From the human T2T-CHM13v2.0 reference genome, Homo sapiens: 64,000 nucleotides of DNA. Location: assembly GCF_009914755.1 (NCBI RefSeq), contig NC_060939.1; one strand, given 5' to 3'. This document shows, piece after piece, positions 29,101 through 44,700 of this stretch; within the stretch, counting starts at the first letter, position 1; each line of letters opens with the position of its first letter. The translations under genes were made by a program, and so were the position numbers. The notes under the pieces are model-generated. The model saw only the letters and a program-made list of their open reading frames with translations, did no database searches and had not been told where the DNA came from.

Positions 29101-32100
29101 TTCCATTCGAATCAATTACATAGCAATCCATTACATTCGAGTCTATTCTATTCCGTTCCATTCGATTTCGTTCCAATCCATTCGATTCCATTCCATTCGA
29201 TTCCATTCCATACTATTGCATTCCATTCGATTACATTATATTCGAATAAGTTCCATTCAAGACCATTTCTTTTGAGTCCATTCTATTTGAGTCCATTCCC
29301 TTTGATTCCATAACATTTGAGTCCATTCAATTCCATTCCTTTCGTTTCCATTCCATTTGATGCCATTCCATTCAATTCTGTTCTACTCGACTCCAATACA
29401 TTCAATTCCATTCCATCCGATTCCATTACATTCTTTTCATTTCTTATCCATTTCAAGCCATTCCACTCCATTCCATTCCACTCGTTTCCTTTCCATTCGA
29501 GTCCATTCCTCTCCAGTCCATTCCGTTCAATCCATTCCATTCCAGTCCATTCCATTCGAGTCCGTTCCATTCCAGTCCATTCCATTCGAGTCAATTCCAT
29601 TCCATTCGATGTCTTTCCATAACGATCCATTCCATTCTATTCCTTTCGATTCCATTCCATTCTATTTCATTCCATTCGATTCCCTTCCATTGGACTCCTT
29701 TCCATTCGAGTGCATTCCATTCCGTTCCATTTCTTTCCGTTCTGTACGATTCCTACCGTTCGATTTCATTTTGTTCCAGTCCATTCCTTTCGCGTCCATT
29801 CCATTCCATTTCACTCCATTCGATTCCATTCCACTCGATTCCACTTCGTTCCATTTCATTGCATTCCATTCTATTCAACTCTATTGCCTTCCATTCCATT
29901 CCATTCGATTACATTCCATGCGATTCCATTCGAAATCGAATCAATTACATTGCAATCCATTACTATTGAGTCCGTTTTATTCCAGTCCACTGCATTCTGG
30001 TCCATTCCATTTGATTCCATTCCATTCTATTCCATTCCATACAGTTGCATTCCATTGGATTCCATTCTATATCTATAAATTCAATTCGAGACCATTGCTT
30101 TTGAGTCCATTCTATATGATTCCATTCCATTCAAGTCCATTACATTTGGTTCAATTCCATTCCATTCCATTCCCTTCCATTCCATTCCAGTTGATATCAA
30201 TCCATTCGATTCCATTCCATTCGAGCACATTCCATTCGAGTCCATTCCATTCGATGCCATTCCATTTGATTCTATTCCATTAGTCTCCATTCAATTCCAT
30301 TAATCTCCATTCCATTCCATTCTACTCCAACTGATTCCATTCCATTCTATTCCTTTCCATTCCATTTCATTCCATTCCATTCCATTTCATTCCATTCCAT
30401 TCCATTCGTGTCCATTCCACTCCAGTCCATTCCATTCGTGTCCATTCCATTCCAGTCCATTCCATTTGTGTCCACTGCATTCCATTCCACTCCATTCCAT
30501 ATTATTCCATTACACTCCATTCCTTTCTATTACTTTCATTTCCATTCAATTCCATTCCATTTGATTCCATTCCACTCGGTTTCATTCCATTTGAGTCCAC
30601 TCCATTCCATTCCATTCCATTCCATTCAGTTCCATTCCATTCTGTTCCATTCCATTCCGTTCCATTACATTCCATTCCATTCGGTACCATTCCATATTGT
30701 TCCATTCGATTCCATTCGAATCCATTCCATTCCAGTCCATTCCATTCGATTCCATTCCATTCATTTCAATTCCATTCCATTCCATTCCATTACATTCCAC
30801 TTGATTCCTCTCCATTCCCTTCCACTGCATTCCGTTCGATTCCATTCCATTGCATTGCATTCCATTCCATTGGATTGCATTCCATTCGATTCCATTCCAT
30901 TCGAATCAATTACATAGCAATCCATTACATTCGAGTCTATTCTATTCCGTTCCATTCGATTTCGTTCCAATCCATTCGATTCCATTCCATTCGATTCCAT
31001 TCCATACTATTGCATTCCATTCTATTACATTATATTCGAATAAGTTCCATTCAAGACCATTTCTTTTGAGTCCATTCTATTTGAGTCCATTCCCTTTGAT
31101 TCCATAACATGAGTCCATTCAATTCCATTCCTTTCGTTATCATTCCATTTGATGCCATTCCATTCAATTCTGTTCTACTCGACTCCAATACATTCAATTC
31201 CATTCCATCCGATTCCATTACATTCTTTTCATTTCTTATCCATTTCAAGCCATTCCACTCCATTCCATTCCACTCGTTTCCTTTCCATTCGAGTCCATTC
31301 CTCTCCAGTCCATTCCGTTCAATCCATTCCATTCCAGTCCATTCCATTCGAGTCCGTTCCATTCCAGTCCAATCCATTCGAGTCAATTCCATCCCATTCG
31401 ATGTCTTTCCATAACGATCCATTCCATTCTATTCCTTTCGATTCCATTCCATTCTATTTCATTCCATTCGATTCCCTTCCATTGGACTCCTTTCCATTCG
31501 AGTGCATTCCATTCCGTTCCATTTCTTTCCGTTCTGTACGATTCCTACCATTCAATTTCATTTTGTTCCAGTCCATTCCTTTCGCGTCCATTCCATTCCA
31601 TTTCACTCCATTCGATTCCATTCCACTCGATTCCACTTCGTTCCATTTCATTGCATTCCATTCTATTCAACTCTATTGCCTTCCATTCCATTCCATTCGA
31701 TTACATTCCATGCGATTCCATTCGAAATCGAATCAATTACATTGCAATCCATTACTATTGAGTCCATTTTTTTCCAGTCCACTGCATTCTGGTCCATTCC
31801 ATTTGATTCCATTCCATTCTATTCCATTCCATACAGTTGCATTCCATTGGATTCCATTCTATATCTATAAATTCAATTCGAGACCATTGCTTTTGAGTCC
31901 ATTCTATATGATTCCATTCCATTCAAGTCCATTACATTTGGTTCAATTCCATTCCATTCCATTCCCTTTCATTCCATTCCAGTTGATATCAATCCATTCG
32001 ATTCCATTCCATTCGAGCACATTCCATTCGAGTCCATTCCATTCGATGCCATTCCATTTGATTCTATTCCATTAGTCTCCATTCAATTCCATTAATCTCC

Positions 32101-35100
32101 ATTCCATTCCATTCTCCTCCAACTGATTCCATTCCATTCTATTCCTTTCCATTCCATTTCATTCCATTCCATTCCATTTCATTCCATTCCATTCCATTCG
32201 CTTCCATTCCATTCGTGTCCATTCCACTCCAGTCCATTCCATTCGTGTCCATTCCATTCCAGTCCATTCCATTTGTGTCCACTGCATTCCATTCCACTCC
32301 ATTCCATATTATTCCATTACACTCCATTCCATTCTATTACTTTCATTTCCATTCAATTCCATTCCATTTGATTCCATTCCACTCGGTTTCATTCCATTTG
32401 AGTCCACTCCATTCCATTCCATTCCATTCCATTCAGTTCCATTCCATTCTGTTCCATTCCATTCCGTTCCATTGCATTCCATTCCATTCGGTACCATTCC
32501 ATATTGTTCCATTCGATTCCATTCGAATCCATTCCATTCCAGTCCATTCCATTCGATTCCATTCCATTCCTTTCAATTCCATTCCATTCCATTCCACTTG
32601 ATTCCACTCCATTCCCTTCCACTGCATTCCAATCGATTCCATTCCATTGCATTGCATTCCATTCCATTGGACTGCATTCCATTCGATTCCATTCCATTCG
32701 AATCAATTACATAGCAATCCATTACATTCGAGTCTATTCTATTCCGTTCCATTCGATTTCGTTCCAATCCATTCGATTCCATTCCATTCGATTCCATTCC
32801 ATACTATTGCATTCCATTCTATTACATTATATTCGAATAAGTTCCATTCAAGACCATTTCTTTTGAGTCCATTCTATTTGAGTCCATTCCCTTTGATTCC
32901 ATAACATTTGAGTCGATTCAATTCCATTCCTTTCGTTTGCATTCCATTTGATGCCATTCCATTCAATTCTGTTCTACTCGACTCCAATACATTCAATTCC
33001 ATTCCATCCGATTCCATTACATTCTTTTCATTTCTTATCCATTTCAAGCCATTCCACTCCATTCCATTCCACTCGTTTCCTTTCCATTCGTGTCCATTCC
33101 TCTCCAGTCCATTCCGTTCAATCCATTCCATTCCAGTCCATTCCATTCGAGTCCGTTCCATTCCAGTCCATTCCATTCGAGTCAATTCCATCCCATTCGA
33201 TGTCTTTCCATAACGATCCATTCCATTCTATTCCTTTCGATTCCATTCCATTCTATTTCATTCCATTCGATTCCCTTCCATTGGACTCCTTTCCATTCGA
33301 GTGCATTCCATTCCGTTCCATTTCTTTCCGTTCTGTACGATTCCTACCGTTCGATTTCATTTTGTTCCAGTCCATTCCTTTCGCGTCCATTCCATTCCAT
33401 TTCACTCCATTCGATTCCATTCCACTCGATTCCACTTCGTTCCATTTCATTGCATTCCATTCTATTCAACTCTATTGCCTTCCATTCCATTCCATTCGAT
33501 TACATTCCATGCGATTCCATTCGAAATCGAATCAATTACATTGCAATCCATTACTATTGAGTCCGTTTTATTCCAGTCCACTGCATTCTGGTCCATTCCA
33601 TTTTATTCCATTCCATTTTATTCCATTCCATACAGGTGCATTCCATTGGATTCCATGCTATATCTATAAATTCAATTCGAGACCATTGCCTTTGAGTCCA
33701 TTCTATATGATTCCATTCCATTCAAGTCCATTACATTTGGTTCAATTCCATTCCATTCCATTCCCTTCCATTCCATTCCAGTTGATATCAATCCATTCGA
33801 TTCCATTCCATTCGAGCACATTCCATTCGAGTCCATTCCATTCGATGCCATTCCATTTGATTCTATTCCATTAGTCTCCATTCAATTCCATTAATCTCCA
33901 TTCCATTCCATTCTACTCCAACTGATTCCATTCCATTCTATTCCTTTCCATTCCATTTCATTCCATTCCATTCCATTTCATTCCATTCCATTCCATTCGT
34001 GTCCATTCCACTCCAGTCCATTCCATTCGTGTCCATTCCATTCCAGTCCATTCCATTTGTGTCCACTGCATTCCATTCCACTCCATTCCATATTATTCCA
34101 TTACACTCCATTCCATTCTATTACTTTCATTTCCATTCAATTCCATTCCATTTGATTCCATTCCACTCGGTTTCATTCCATTTGAGTCCACTCCATTCCA
34201 TTCCATTCCATTCCATTCAGTTCCATTCCATTCTGTTCCATTCCATTCCGTTCCATTGCATTCCATTCCATTCGGTAACATTCCATATTGTTCCATTCGA
34301 TTCCATTCGAATCCATTCCATTCCAGTCCATTCCATTCGATTCCATTCCATTCCTTTCAATTCCATTCCATTCCATTCCATTCCACTTGATTCCACTCCA
34401 TTCCCTTCCACTGCATTCCATTCGATTCCATTCCATTGCATTGCCTTCCATTCCATTGGACTGCATTCCATTCGATTCCATTCCATTCGAATCAATTACA
34501 TAGCAATCCATTACATTCGAGTCTATTCTATTCCGTTCCATTCGATTTCGTTCCAATCCATTCGATTCCATTCCATTCGATTCCATTCCATACTATTGCA
34601 TTCCATTCGATTACATTATATTCGAATAAGTTCCATTCAAGACCATTTCTTTTGAGTCCATTCTATTTGAGTCCATTCCCTTTGATTCCATAACATTTGA
34701 GTCCATTCAATTCCATTCCTTTCGTTTCCATTCCATTTGATGCCATTCCATTCAATTCGGTTCTACTCGACTCCAATACATTCAATTCCATTCCATCCGA
34801 TTCCATTACATTCTTTTCATTTCTTATCCATTTCAAGCCATTCCACTCCATTCCATTCCACTCGTTTCCTTTCCATTCGAGTCCATTCCTCTCCAGTCCA
34901 TTCCGTTCAATCCATTCCATTCCAGTCCATTCCATTCGAGTCCGTTCCATTCCAGTCCATTCCATTCGAGTCAATTCCATCCCATTCGATGTCTTTCCAT
35001 AACGATCCATTCCATTCTATTCCTTTCGATTCCATTCCATTCTATTTCATTCCATTCGATTCCCTTCCATTGGACTCCTTTCCATTCGAGTGCATTCCAT

Positions 35101-35789
35101 TCCGTTCCATTTCTTTCCGTTCTGTACGATTCCTACCGTTCGATTTCATTTTGTTCCAGTCCATTCCTTTCGCGTCCATTCCATTCCATTTCACTCCATT
35201 CGATTCCATTCCACTCGATTCCACTTCGTTCCATTTCATTGCATTCCATTCTATTCAACTCTATTGCCTTCCATTCCATTCCATTCGATTACATTCCATG
35301 CGATTCCATTCGAAATCGAATCAATTACATTGCAATCCATTACTATTGAGTCCGTTTTATTCCAGTCCACTGCATTCTGGTCCATTCCATTTGATTCCAT
35401 TCCATTCTATTCCATTCCATACAGTTGCATTCAATTGGATTCCATTCTATATCTATAAATTCAATTCGAGACCATTGCTTTTGAGTCCATTCTATATGAT
35501 TCCATTCCATTCAAGTCCATTACATTTGGTTCAATTCCATTCCATTCCATTCCCTTCCATTCCATTCCAGTTGATATCAATCCATTCGATTCCATTCCAT
35601 TCGAGCACATTCCATTCGAGTCCATTCCATTCGATGCCATTCCATTTGATTCTATTCCATTAGTCTCCATTCAATTCCATTAATCTCCATTCCATTCCAT
35701 TCTACTCCAACTGATTCCATTCCATTCTATTCCTTTCCATTCCATTTCATTCCATTCCATTCCATTTCATTCCATTCCATTCCATTCGT

Positions 35790-38700
35790 GTCCCTTCCAC
35801 TCCAGTCCATTCCATTCGTGTCCATTCCATTCCAGTCCATTCCGTTTGTGTCCACTGCATTCCATTCCACTCCATTCCATATTATTCCATTACACTCCAT
35901 TCCATTCTATTACTTTCATTTCCATTCAATTCCATTCCATTTGATTCCATTCCACTCGGTTTCATTCCATTTGAGTCCACTCCATTCCATTCCATTCCAT
36001 TCAGTTCCATTCCATTCTGTTCCATTCCATTCCGTTCCATTACATTCCATTCCATTCGGTACCATTCCATATTGTACCATTCCATATTGTTCCATTCGAT
36101 TCCATTCGAATCCATTCCATTCCAGTCCATTCCATTCGATTCCATTCCATTCATTTCAATTCCATTCCATTCCATTCCATTCCATTCCACTTGATTCCTC
36201 TCCATTCCCTTCCACTGCATTCCGTTCGATTCCATTCCATTGCATTGCATTCCATTCCATTGGATTGCATTCCACTCGATTCCATTCCATTCGAATCAAT
36301 TACATAGCAATCCATTACATTCGAGTCTATTCTATTCCGTTCCATTCGATTTCGTTCCAATCCATTCGATTCCATTCCATTCGATTCCATTCCATACTAT
36401 TGCATTCCATTCGATTACATTATATTCGAATAAGTTCCATTCAAGACCATTTCTTTTGAGTCCATTCTATTTGAGTCCATTCCCTTTGATTCCATAACAT
36501 TTGAGTCCATTCAATTCCATTCCTTTCGTTTCCATTCCATTTGATGCCATTCCATTCAATTCTGTTCTACTCGACTCCAATACATTCAATTCCATTCCAT
36601 CCGATTCCATTACATTCTTTTCATTTCTTATCCATTTCAAGCCATTCCACTCCATTCCATTCCACTCGTTTCCTTTCCATTCGAGTCCATTCCTCTCCAG
36701 TCCATTCCGTTCAATCCATTCCATTCCAGTCCATTCCATTCGAGTCCGTTCCATTCCAGTTCATTCCATTCGAGTCAATTCCATCCCATTCGATGTCTTT
36801 CCATAACGATCCATTCCATTCTATTCCTTTCGATTCCATTCCATTCTATTTCATTCCATTCGATTCCCTTCCATTGGACTCCTTTCCATTCGAGTGCATT
36901 CCATTCCGTTCCATTTCTTTCCGTTCTGTACGATTCCTACCGTTCGATTTCATTTTGTTCCAGTCCATTCCTTTCGCATCCATTCCATTCCATTTCACTC
37001 CATTCGATTCCATTCCATTTCACTCCATTCGATTCCATTCCACTCGATTCCACTTCGTTCCATTTCATTGCATTCCATTCTATTCAACTCTATTGCCTTC
37101 CATTCCCTTCCATTCGATTACATTCCATGCGATTCCATTCGAAATCGAATCAATTACATTGCAATCCATTACTATTGAGTCCGTTTTATTCCAGTCCACT
37201 GCATTCTGGTCCATTCCATTTGATTCCATTCCATTCTATTCCATTCCATACAGTTGCATTCCATTGGATTCCATTCTATTTCTATAAATTCAATTCGAGA
37301 CCATTGCTTTTGAGTCCATTCTATATGATTCCATTCCATTCAAGTCCATTACATTTGGTTCAATTCCATTCCATTTCATTCCCTTCAATTCCATTCCATT
37401 TGATATCAATCCATTCGATTCCATTCCATTCGAGCACATTCCATTCGAGTCCATTCCATTCGATGCCATTCCATTTGATTCTATTCCATTAGTCTCCATT
37501 CAATTCCATTAATCTCCATTCCATTCCATTCTACTCCAACTGATTCCATTCCATTCTATTCCTTTCCATTCCATTTCATTCCATTCCATTCCATTTCATT
37601 CCATTCCATTCCATTCCCTTCATTCCATTCGTGTCCATTCCACTCCAGTCCATTCCATTCGTGTCCATTCCATTCCAGTCCATTCCATTTGTGTCCACTG
37701 CATTCCATTCCACTCCATTCCATATTATTCCATTACACTCTCTTCCATTCTATTACTTTCATTTCCATTCAATTCCATTCCATTTGATTCCATTCCACTC
37801 GGTTTCATTCCATTTGAGTCCACTCCATTCCATTCCATTCCATTCCATTCAGTTCCATTCCATTCTGTTCCATTCCATTCCGTTCCATTACATTCCATTC
37901 CATTCGGTACCATTCCATATTGTTCCATTCGATTCCATTCGAATCCATTCCATTCCAGTCCATTCCATTCGATTCCATTCCATTCATTTCAATTCCATTC
38001 CATTCCATTCCATTACATTCCACTTGATTCCTCTCCATTCCCTTCCACTGCATTCCGTTCGATTCCATTCCATTGCATTGCATTCCATTCCATTGGATTG
38101 CATTCCATTCGATTCCATTCCATTCGAATCAATTACATAGCAATCCATTACATTCGAGTCTATTCTATTCCGTTCCATTCGATTTCGTTCCAATCCATTC
38201 GATTCCATTCCATTCGATTCCATTCCATACTATTGCATTCCATTCGATTACATTATATTCGAATAAGTTCCATTCAAGACCATTTCTTTTGAGTCCATTC
38301 TATTTGAGTCCATTCCCTTTGATTCCATAACATTTGAGTCCATTCAATTCCATTCCTTTCGTTTCCATTCCATTTGATGCCATTCCATTCAATTCTGTTC
38401 TACTCGACTCCAATACATTCAATTCCATTCCATCCGATTCCATTACATTCTTTTCATTTCTTATCCATTTCAAGCCATTCCACTCCATTCCATTCCACTC
38501 GTTTCCTTTCCATTCGAGTCCATTCCTCTCCAGTCCATTCCATTCAATCCATTCCATTCCAGTCCATTCCATTCGAGTCCGTTCCATTCCAGTCCATTCC
38601 ATTCGAGTCAATTCCATCCCATTCGATGTCTTTCCATAACGATCCATTCCATTCTATTCCTTTCGATTCCATTCCATTCTATTTCATTCCATTCGATTCC

Positions 38701-41700
38701 CTTCCATTGGACTCCTTTCCATTCGAGTGCATTCCATTCCATTCCATTTCTTTCCGTTCTGTACGATTCCTACCGTTCGATTTCATTTTGTTCCAGTCCA
38801 TTCCTTTCGCGTCCATTCCATTCCATTTCACTCCATTCGATTCCATTCCACTCGATTCCACTTCGATCCATCTCATTGCATTCCATTCTATTCAACTCTA
38901 TTGCCTTCCATTCCATTCCATTCGATTATATTCCATGCGATTCCATTCGAAATCGAATCAATTACATTGCAATCCATTACTATTGAGTCCGTTTTATTCC
39001 AGTCCACTGCATTCTGGTCCATTCCATTTGATTCCATTCCATTCTATTCCATTCCATACAGTTGCATTCCATTGGATTCCATTCTATATCTATAAATTCA
39101 ATTCGAGACCATTGCTTTTGAGTCCATTCTATATGATTCCATTCCATTCAAGTCCATTACATTTGGTTCAATTCCATTCCATTCCATTCCCTTCCATTCC
39201 ATTCCAGTTGATATCAATCCATTCGATTCCATTCCATTCGAGCACATTCCATTCGAGTCCATTCCATTCGATGCCATTCCATTTGATTCTATTCCATTAG
39301 TCTCCATTCAATTCCATTAATCTCCATTCCATTCCATTCTACTCCAACTGATTCCATTCCATTCTATTCCTTTCCATTCCATTTCATTCCATTCCATTCC
39401 ATTTCATTCCATTCCATTCCATTCGCTTCCATTCCATTCGTGTCCATTCCACTCCAGTCCATTCCATTCGTGTCCATTCCATTCCAGTCCATTCCATTTG
39501 TGTCCACTGCATTCCATTCCACTCCATTCCATATTATTCCATTACACTCCATTCCATTCTATTACTTTCATTTCCATTCAATTCCATTCCATTTGATTCC
39601 ATTCCACTCGGTTTCATTCCATTTGAGTCCACTCCATTCCATTCCATTCCATTCCATTCAGTTCCTTTCCATTCTGTTCCGTTCCATTCCATTCTGTTCC
39701 ATTCCATTCCGTTCCATTGCATTCCATTCCATTCGGTACCATTCCATATTGTTCCATTCGATTCCATTCGAATCCATTCCATTCCAGTCCATTCCATTCG
39801 ATTCCATTCCATTCCTTTCAATTCCATTCCATTCCATTCCATTCCACTTGATTCCACTCCATTCCCTTCCACTGCATTCCATTCGATTCCATTCCATTGC
39901 ATTGCATTCCATTCCATTGGACTGCATTCCATTCGATTCCATTCCATTCGAATCAATTACATAGCAATCCATTACATTCGAGTCTATTCTATTCCGTTCC
40001 ATTCGATTTCGTTCCAATCCATTCGATTCCACTCCATTCGATTCCATTCCATACTATTGCATTCCATTCTATTACATTATATTCGAATAAGTTCCATTCA
40101 AGACCATTTCTTTTGAGTCCATTCTATTTGAGTCCATTCCCTTTGATTCCATAACATTTGAGTCCATTCAATTCCATTCCTTTCGTTTCCATTCCATTTG
40201 ATGCCATTCCATTCAATTCTGTTCTACTCGACTCCAATACATTCAATTCCATTCCATCCGATTCCATTACATTCTTTTCATTTCTTATCCATTTCAAGCC
40301 ATTCCACTCCACTCCATTCCACTCGTTTCCTTTCCATTCGAGTCCATTCCTCTCCAGTCCATTCCGTTCAATCCATTCCATTCCAGTCCATTCCATTCGA
40401 GTCCGTTCCATTCCAGTCCATTCCATTCGAGTCAATTCCATCCCATTCGATATCTTTCCATAACGATCCATTCCATTCTATTCCTTTCGATTCCATTCCA
40501 TTCTATTTCATTCCATTCGATTCCCTTCCATTGGACTCCTTTCCATTCGAGTGCATTCCATTCCGTTCCATTTCTTTCCGTTCTGTACGATTCCTACCGT
40601 TCGATTTCATTTTGTTCCAGTCCATTCCTTTCGCGTCCATTCCATTCCATTTCACTCCATTCGATTCCATTCCACTCGATTCCACTTCGTTCCATTTCAT
40701 TGCATTCCATTCTATTCAACTCTATTGCCTTCCATTCCATTCCATTCTATTACATTCCATGCGATTCCATTCGAAATCGAATCAATTAAATTGCAATCCA
40801 TTACTATTCAGTCCGTTTTATTCCAGTCCACTGCATTCTGGTCCATTCCATTTGATTCCATTCCATTTTATTCCATTCCATACAGTTGCATTCCATTGGA
40901 TTCCATGCTATATCTATAAATTCAATTCGAGACCATTGCTTTTGAGTCCATTCTATATGTTTCCATTCCATTCAAGTCCATTACATTTGGTTCAATTCCA
41001 TTCCATTCCATTCCCTTCCATTCCATTCCAGTTGATATCAATCCATTCGATTCCATTCCATTCGAGCACATTCCATTCGAGTCCATTCCATTCGATGCCA
41101 TTCCATTTGATTCTATTCCATTAGTCTCCATTCAATTCCATTAATCTCCATTCCATTCCATTCTACTCCAACTGATTCCATTCCATTCTATTCCTTTCCA
41201 TTCCATTTCATTCCATTCCATTCCATTTCATTCCATTCCATTCCATTCGTGTCCCTTCCACTCCAGTCCATTCCATTCGTGTCCATTCCATTCCAGTCCA
41301 TTCCGTTTGTGTCCACTGCATTCCATTCCACTCCATTCCATATTATTCCATTACACTCCATTCCATTCTATTACTTTCATTTCCATTCAATTCCATTCCA
41401 TTTGATTCCATTCCACTCGGTTTCATTCCATTTGAGTCCACTCCATTCCATTCCATTCCATTCAGTTCCATTCCATTCTGTTCCATTCCATTCCGTTCCA
41501 TTACATTCCATTCCATTCGGTACCATTCCATATTGTACCATTCCATATTGTTCCATTCGATTCCATTCGAATCCATTCCATTCCAGTCCATTCCATTCGA
41601 TTCCATTCCATTCATTTCAATTCCATTCCATTCCATTCCATTCCATTCCACTTGATTCCTCTCCATTCCCTTCCACTGCATTCCGTTCGATTCCATTCCA

Positions 41701-44700
41701 TTGCATTGCATTCCATTCCATTGGATTGCATTCCACTCGATTCCATTACATTCGAATCAATTACATAGCAATCCATTACATTCGAGTCTATTCTATTCCG
41801 TTCCATTCGATTTCGTTCCAATCCATTCGATTCCATTCCATTCGATTCCATTCCATACTATTGCATTCCATTCGATTACATTATATTCGAATAAGTTCCA
41901 TTCAAGACCATTTCTTTTGAGTCCATTCTATTTGAGTCCATTCCCTTTGATTCCATAACATTTGAGTCCATTCAATTCCATTCCTTTCGTTTCCATTCCA
42001 TTTGATGCCATTCCATTCAATTCTGTTCTACTCGACTCCAATACATTCAATTCCATTCCATCCGATTCCATTACATTCTTTTCATTTCTTATCCATTTCA
42101 AGCCATTCCACTCCATTCCATTCCACTCGTTTCCTTTCGATTCGAGTCCATTCCTCTCCAGTCCATTCCGTTCAATCCATTCCATTCCAGTCCATTCCAT
42201 TCGAGTCCGTTCCATTCCAGTTCATTCCATTCGAGTCAATTCCATCCCATTCGATGTCTTTCCATAACGATCCATTCCATTCTATTCCTTTCGATTCCAT
42301 TCCATTCTATTTCATTCCATTCGATTCCCTTCCATTGGACTCCTTTCCATTCGAGTGCATTCCATTCCGTTCCATTTCTTTCCGTTCTGTACGATTCCTA
42401 CCGTTCGATTTCATTTTGTTCCAGTCCATTCCTTTCGCGTCCATTCCATTCCATTTCACTCCATTCGATTCCATTCCATTTCACTCCATTCGATTCCATT
42501 CCACTCGATTCCACTTCGTTCCATTTCATTGCATTCCATTCTATTCAACTCTATTGCCTTCCATTCCCTTCCATTCGATTACATTCCATGCGATTCCATT
42601 CGAAATCGAATCAATTACATTGCAATCCATTACTATTGAGTCCGTTTTATTCCAGTCCACTGCATTCTGGTCCATTCCATTTGATTCCATTCCATTCTAT
42701 TCCATTCCATACAGTTGCATTCCATTGGATTCCATTCTATTTCTATAAATTCAATTCGAGACCATTGCTTTTGAGTCCATTCTATATGATTCCATTCCAT
42801 TCAAGTCCATTACATTTGGTTCAATTCCATTCCATTTCATTCCCTTCAATTCCATTCCATTTGATATCAATCCATTCGATTCCATTCCATTCGAGCACAT
42901 TCCATTCGAGTCCATTCCATTCGATGCCATTCCATTTGATTCTATTCCATTAGTCTCCATTCAATTCCATTAATCTCCATTCCATTCCATTCTACTCCAA
43001 CTGATTCCATTCCATTCTATTCCTTTCCATTCCATTTCATTCCATTCCATTCCATTTCATTCCATTCCATTCCATTCCCTTCATTCCATTCGTGTCCATT
43101 CCACTCCAGTCCATTCCATTCGTGTCCATTCCATTCCAGTCCATTCCATTTGTGTCCACTGCATTCCATTCCACTCCATTCCATATTATTCCATTACACT
43201 CTCTTCCATTCTATTACTTTCATTTCCATTCAATTCCATTCCATTTGATTCCATTCCACTCGGTTTCATTCCATTTGAGTCCACTCCATTCCATTCCATT
43301 CCATTCCATTCAGTTCCATTCCATTCTGTTCCATTCCATTCCGTTCCATTACATTCCATTCCATTCGGTACCATTCCATATTGTTCCATTCGATTCCATT
43401 CGAATCCATTCCATTCCAGTCCATTCCATTCGATTCCATTCCATTCATTTCAATTCCATTCCATTCCATTCCATTCCATTCCACTTGATTCCTCTCCATT
43501 CCCTTCCACTGCATTCCGTTCGATTCCATTCCATTGCATTGCATTCCATTCCATTGGATTGCATTCCATTCGATTCCATTCCATTCGAATCAATTACATA
43601 GCAATCCATTACATTCGAGTCTATTCTATTCCGTTCCATTCGATTTCGTTCCAATCCATTCGATTCCATTCCATTCGATTCCATTCCATACTATTGCATT
43701 CCATTCGATTACATTATATTCGAATAAGTTCCATTCAAGACCATTTCTTTTGAGTCCATTCTATTTGAGTCCATTCCCTTTGATTCCATAACATTTGAGT
43801 CCATTCAATTCCATTCCTTTCGTTTCCATTCCATTTGATGCCATTCCATTCAATTCGGTTCTACTCGACTCCAATACATTCAATTCCATTCCATCCGATT
43901 CCATTACATTCTTTTCATTTCTTATCCATTTCAAGCCATTCCACTCCATTCCATTCCACTCGTTTCCTTTCCATTCGAGTCCATTCCTCTCCAGTCCATT
44001 CCGTTCAATCCATTCCATTCCAGTCCATTCCATTCGAGTCCGTTCCATTCCAGTTCATTCCATTCGAGTCAATTCCATCCCATTCGATGTCTTTCCATAA
44101 CGATCCATTCCATTCTATTCCTTTCGATTCCATTCCATTCTATTTCATTCCATTCGATTCCCTTCCATTGGACTCCTTTCCATTCGAGTGCATTCCATTC
44201 CGTTCCATTTCTTTCCGTTCTGTACGATTCCTACCGTTCGATTTCATTTTGTTCCAGTCCATTCCTTTCGCGTCCATTCCATTCCATTTCACTCCATTCG
44301 ATTCCATTCCATTTCACTCCATTCGATTCCATTCCACTCGATTCCACTTCGTTCCATTTCATTGCATTCCATTCTATTCAACTCTATTGCCTTCCATTCC
44401 CTTCCATTCGATTACATTCCATGCGATTCCATTCGAAATCGAATCAATTACATTGCAATCCATTACTATTGAGTCCGTTTTATTCCAGTCCACTGCATTC
44501 TGGTCCATTCCATTTGATTCCATTCCATTCTATTCCATTCCATACAGTTGCATTCCATTGGATTCCATTCTATTTCTATAAATTCAATTCGAGACCATTG
44601 CTTTTGAGTCCATTCTATATGATTCCATTCCATTCAAGTCCATTACATTTGGTTCAATTCCATTCCATTTCATTCCCTTCAATTCCATTCCATTTGATAT

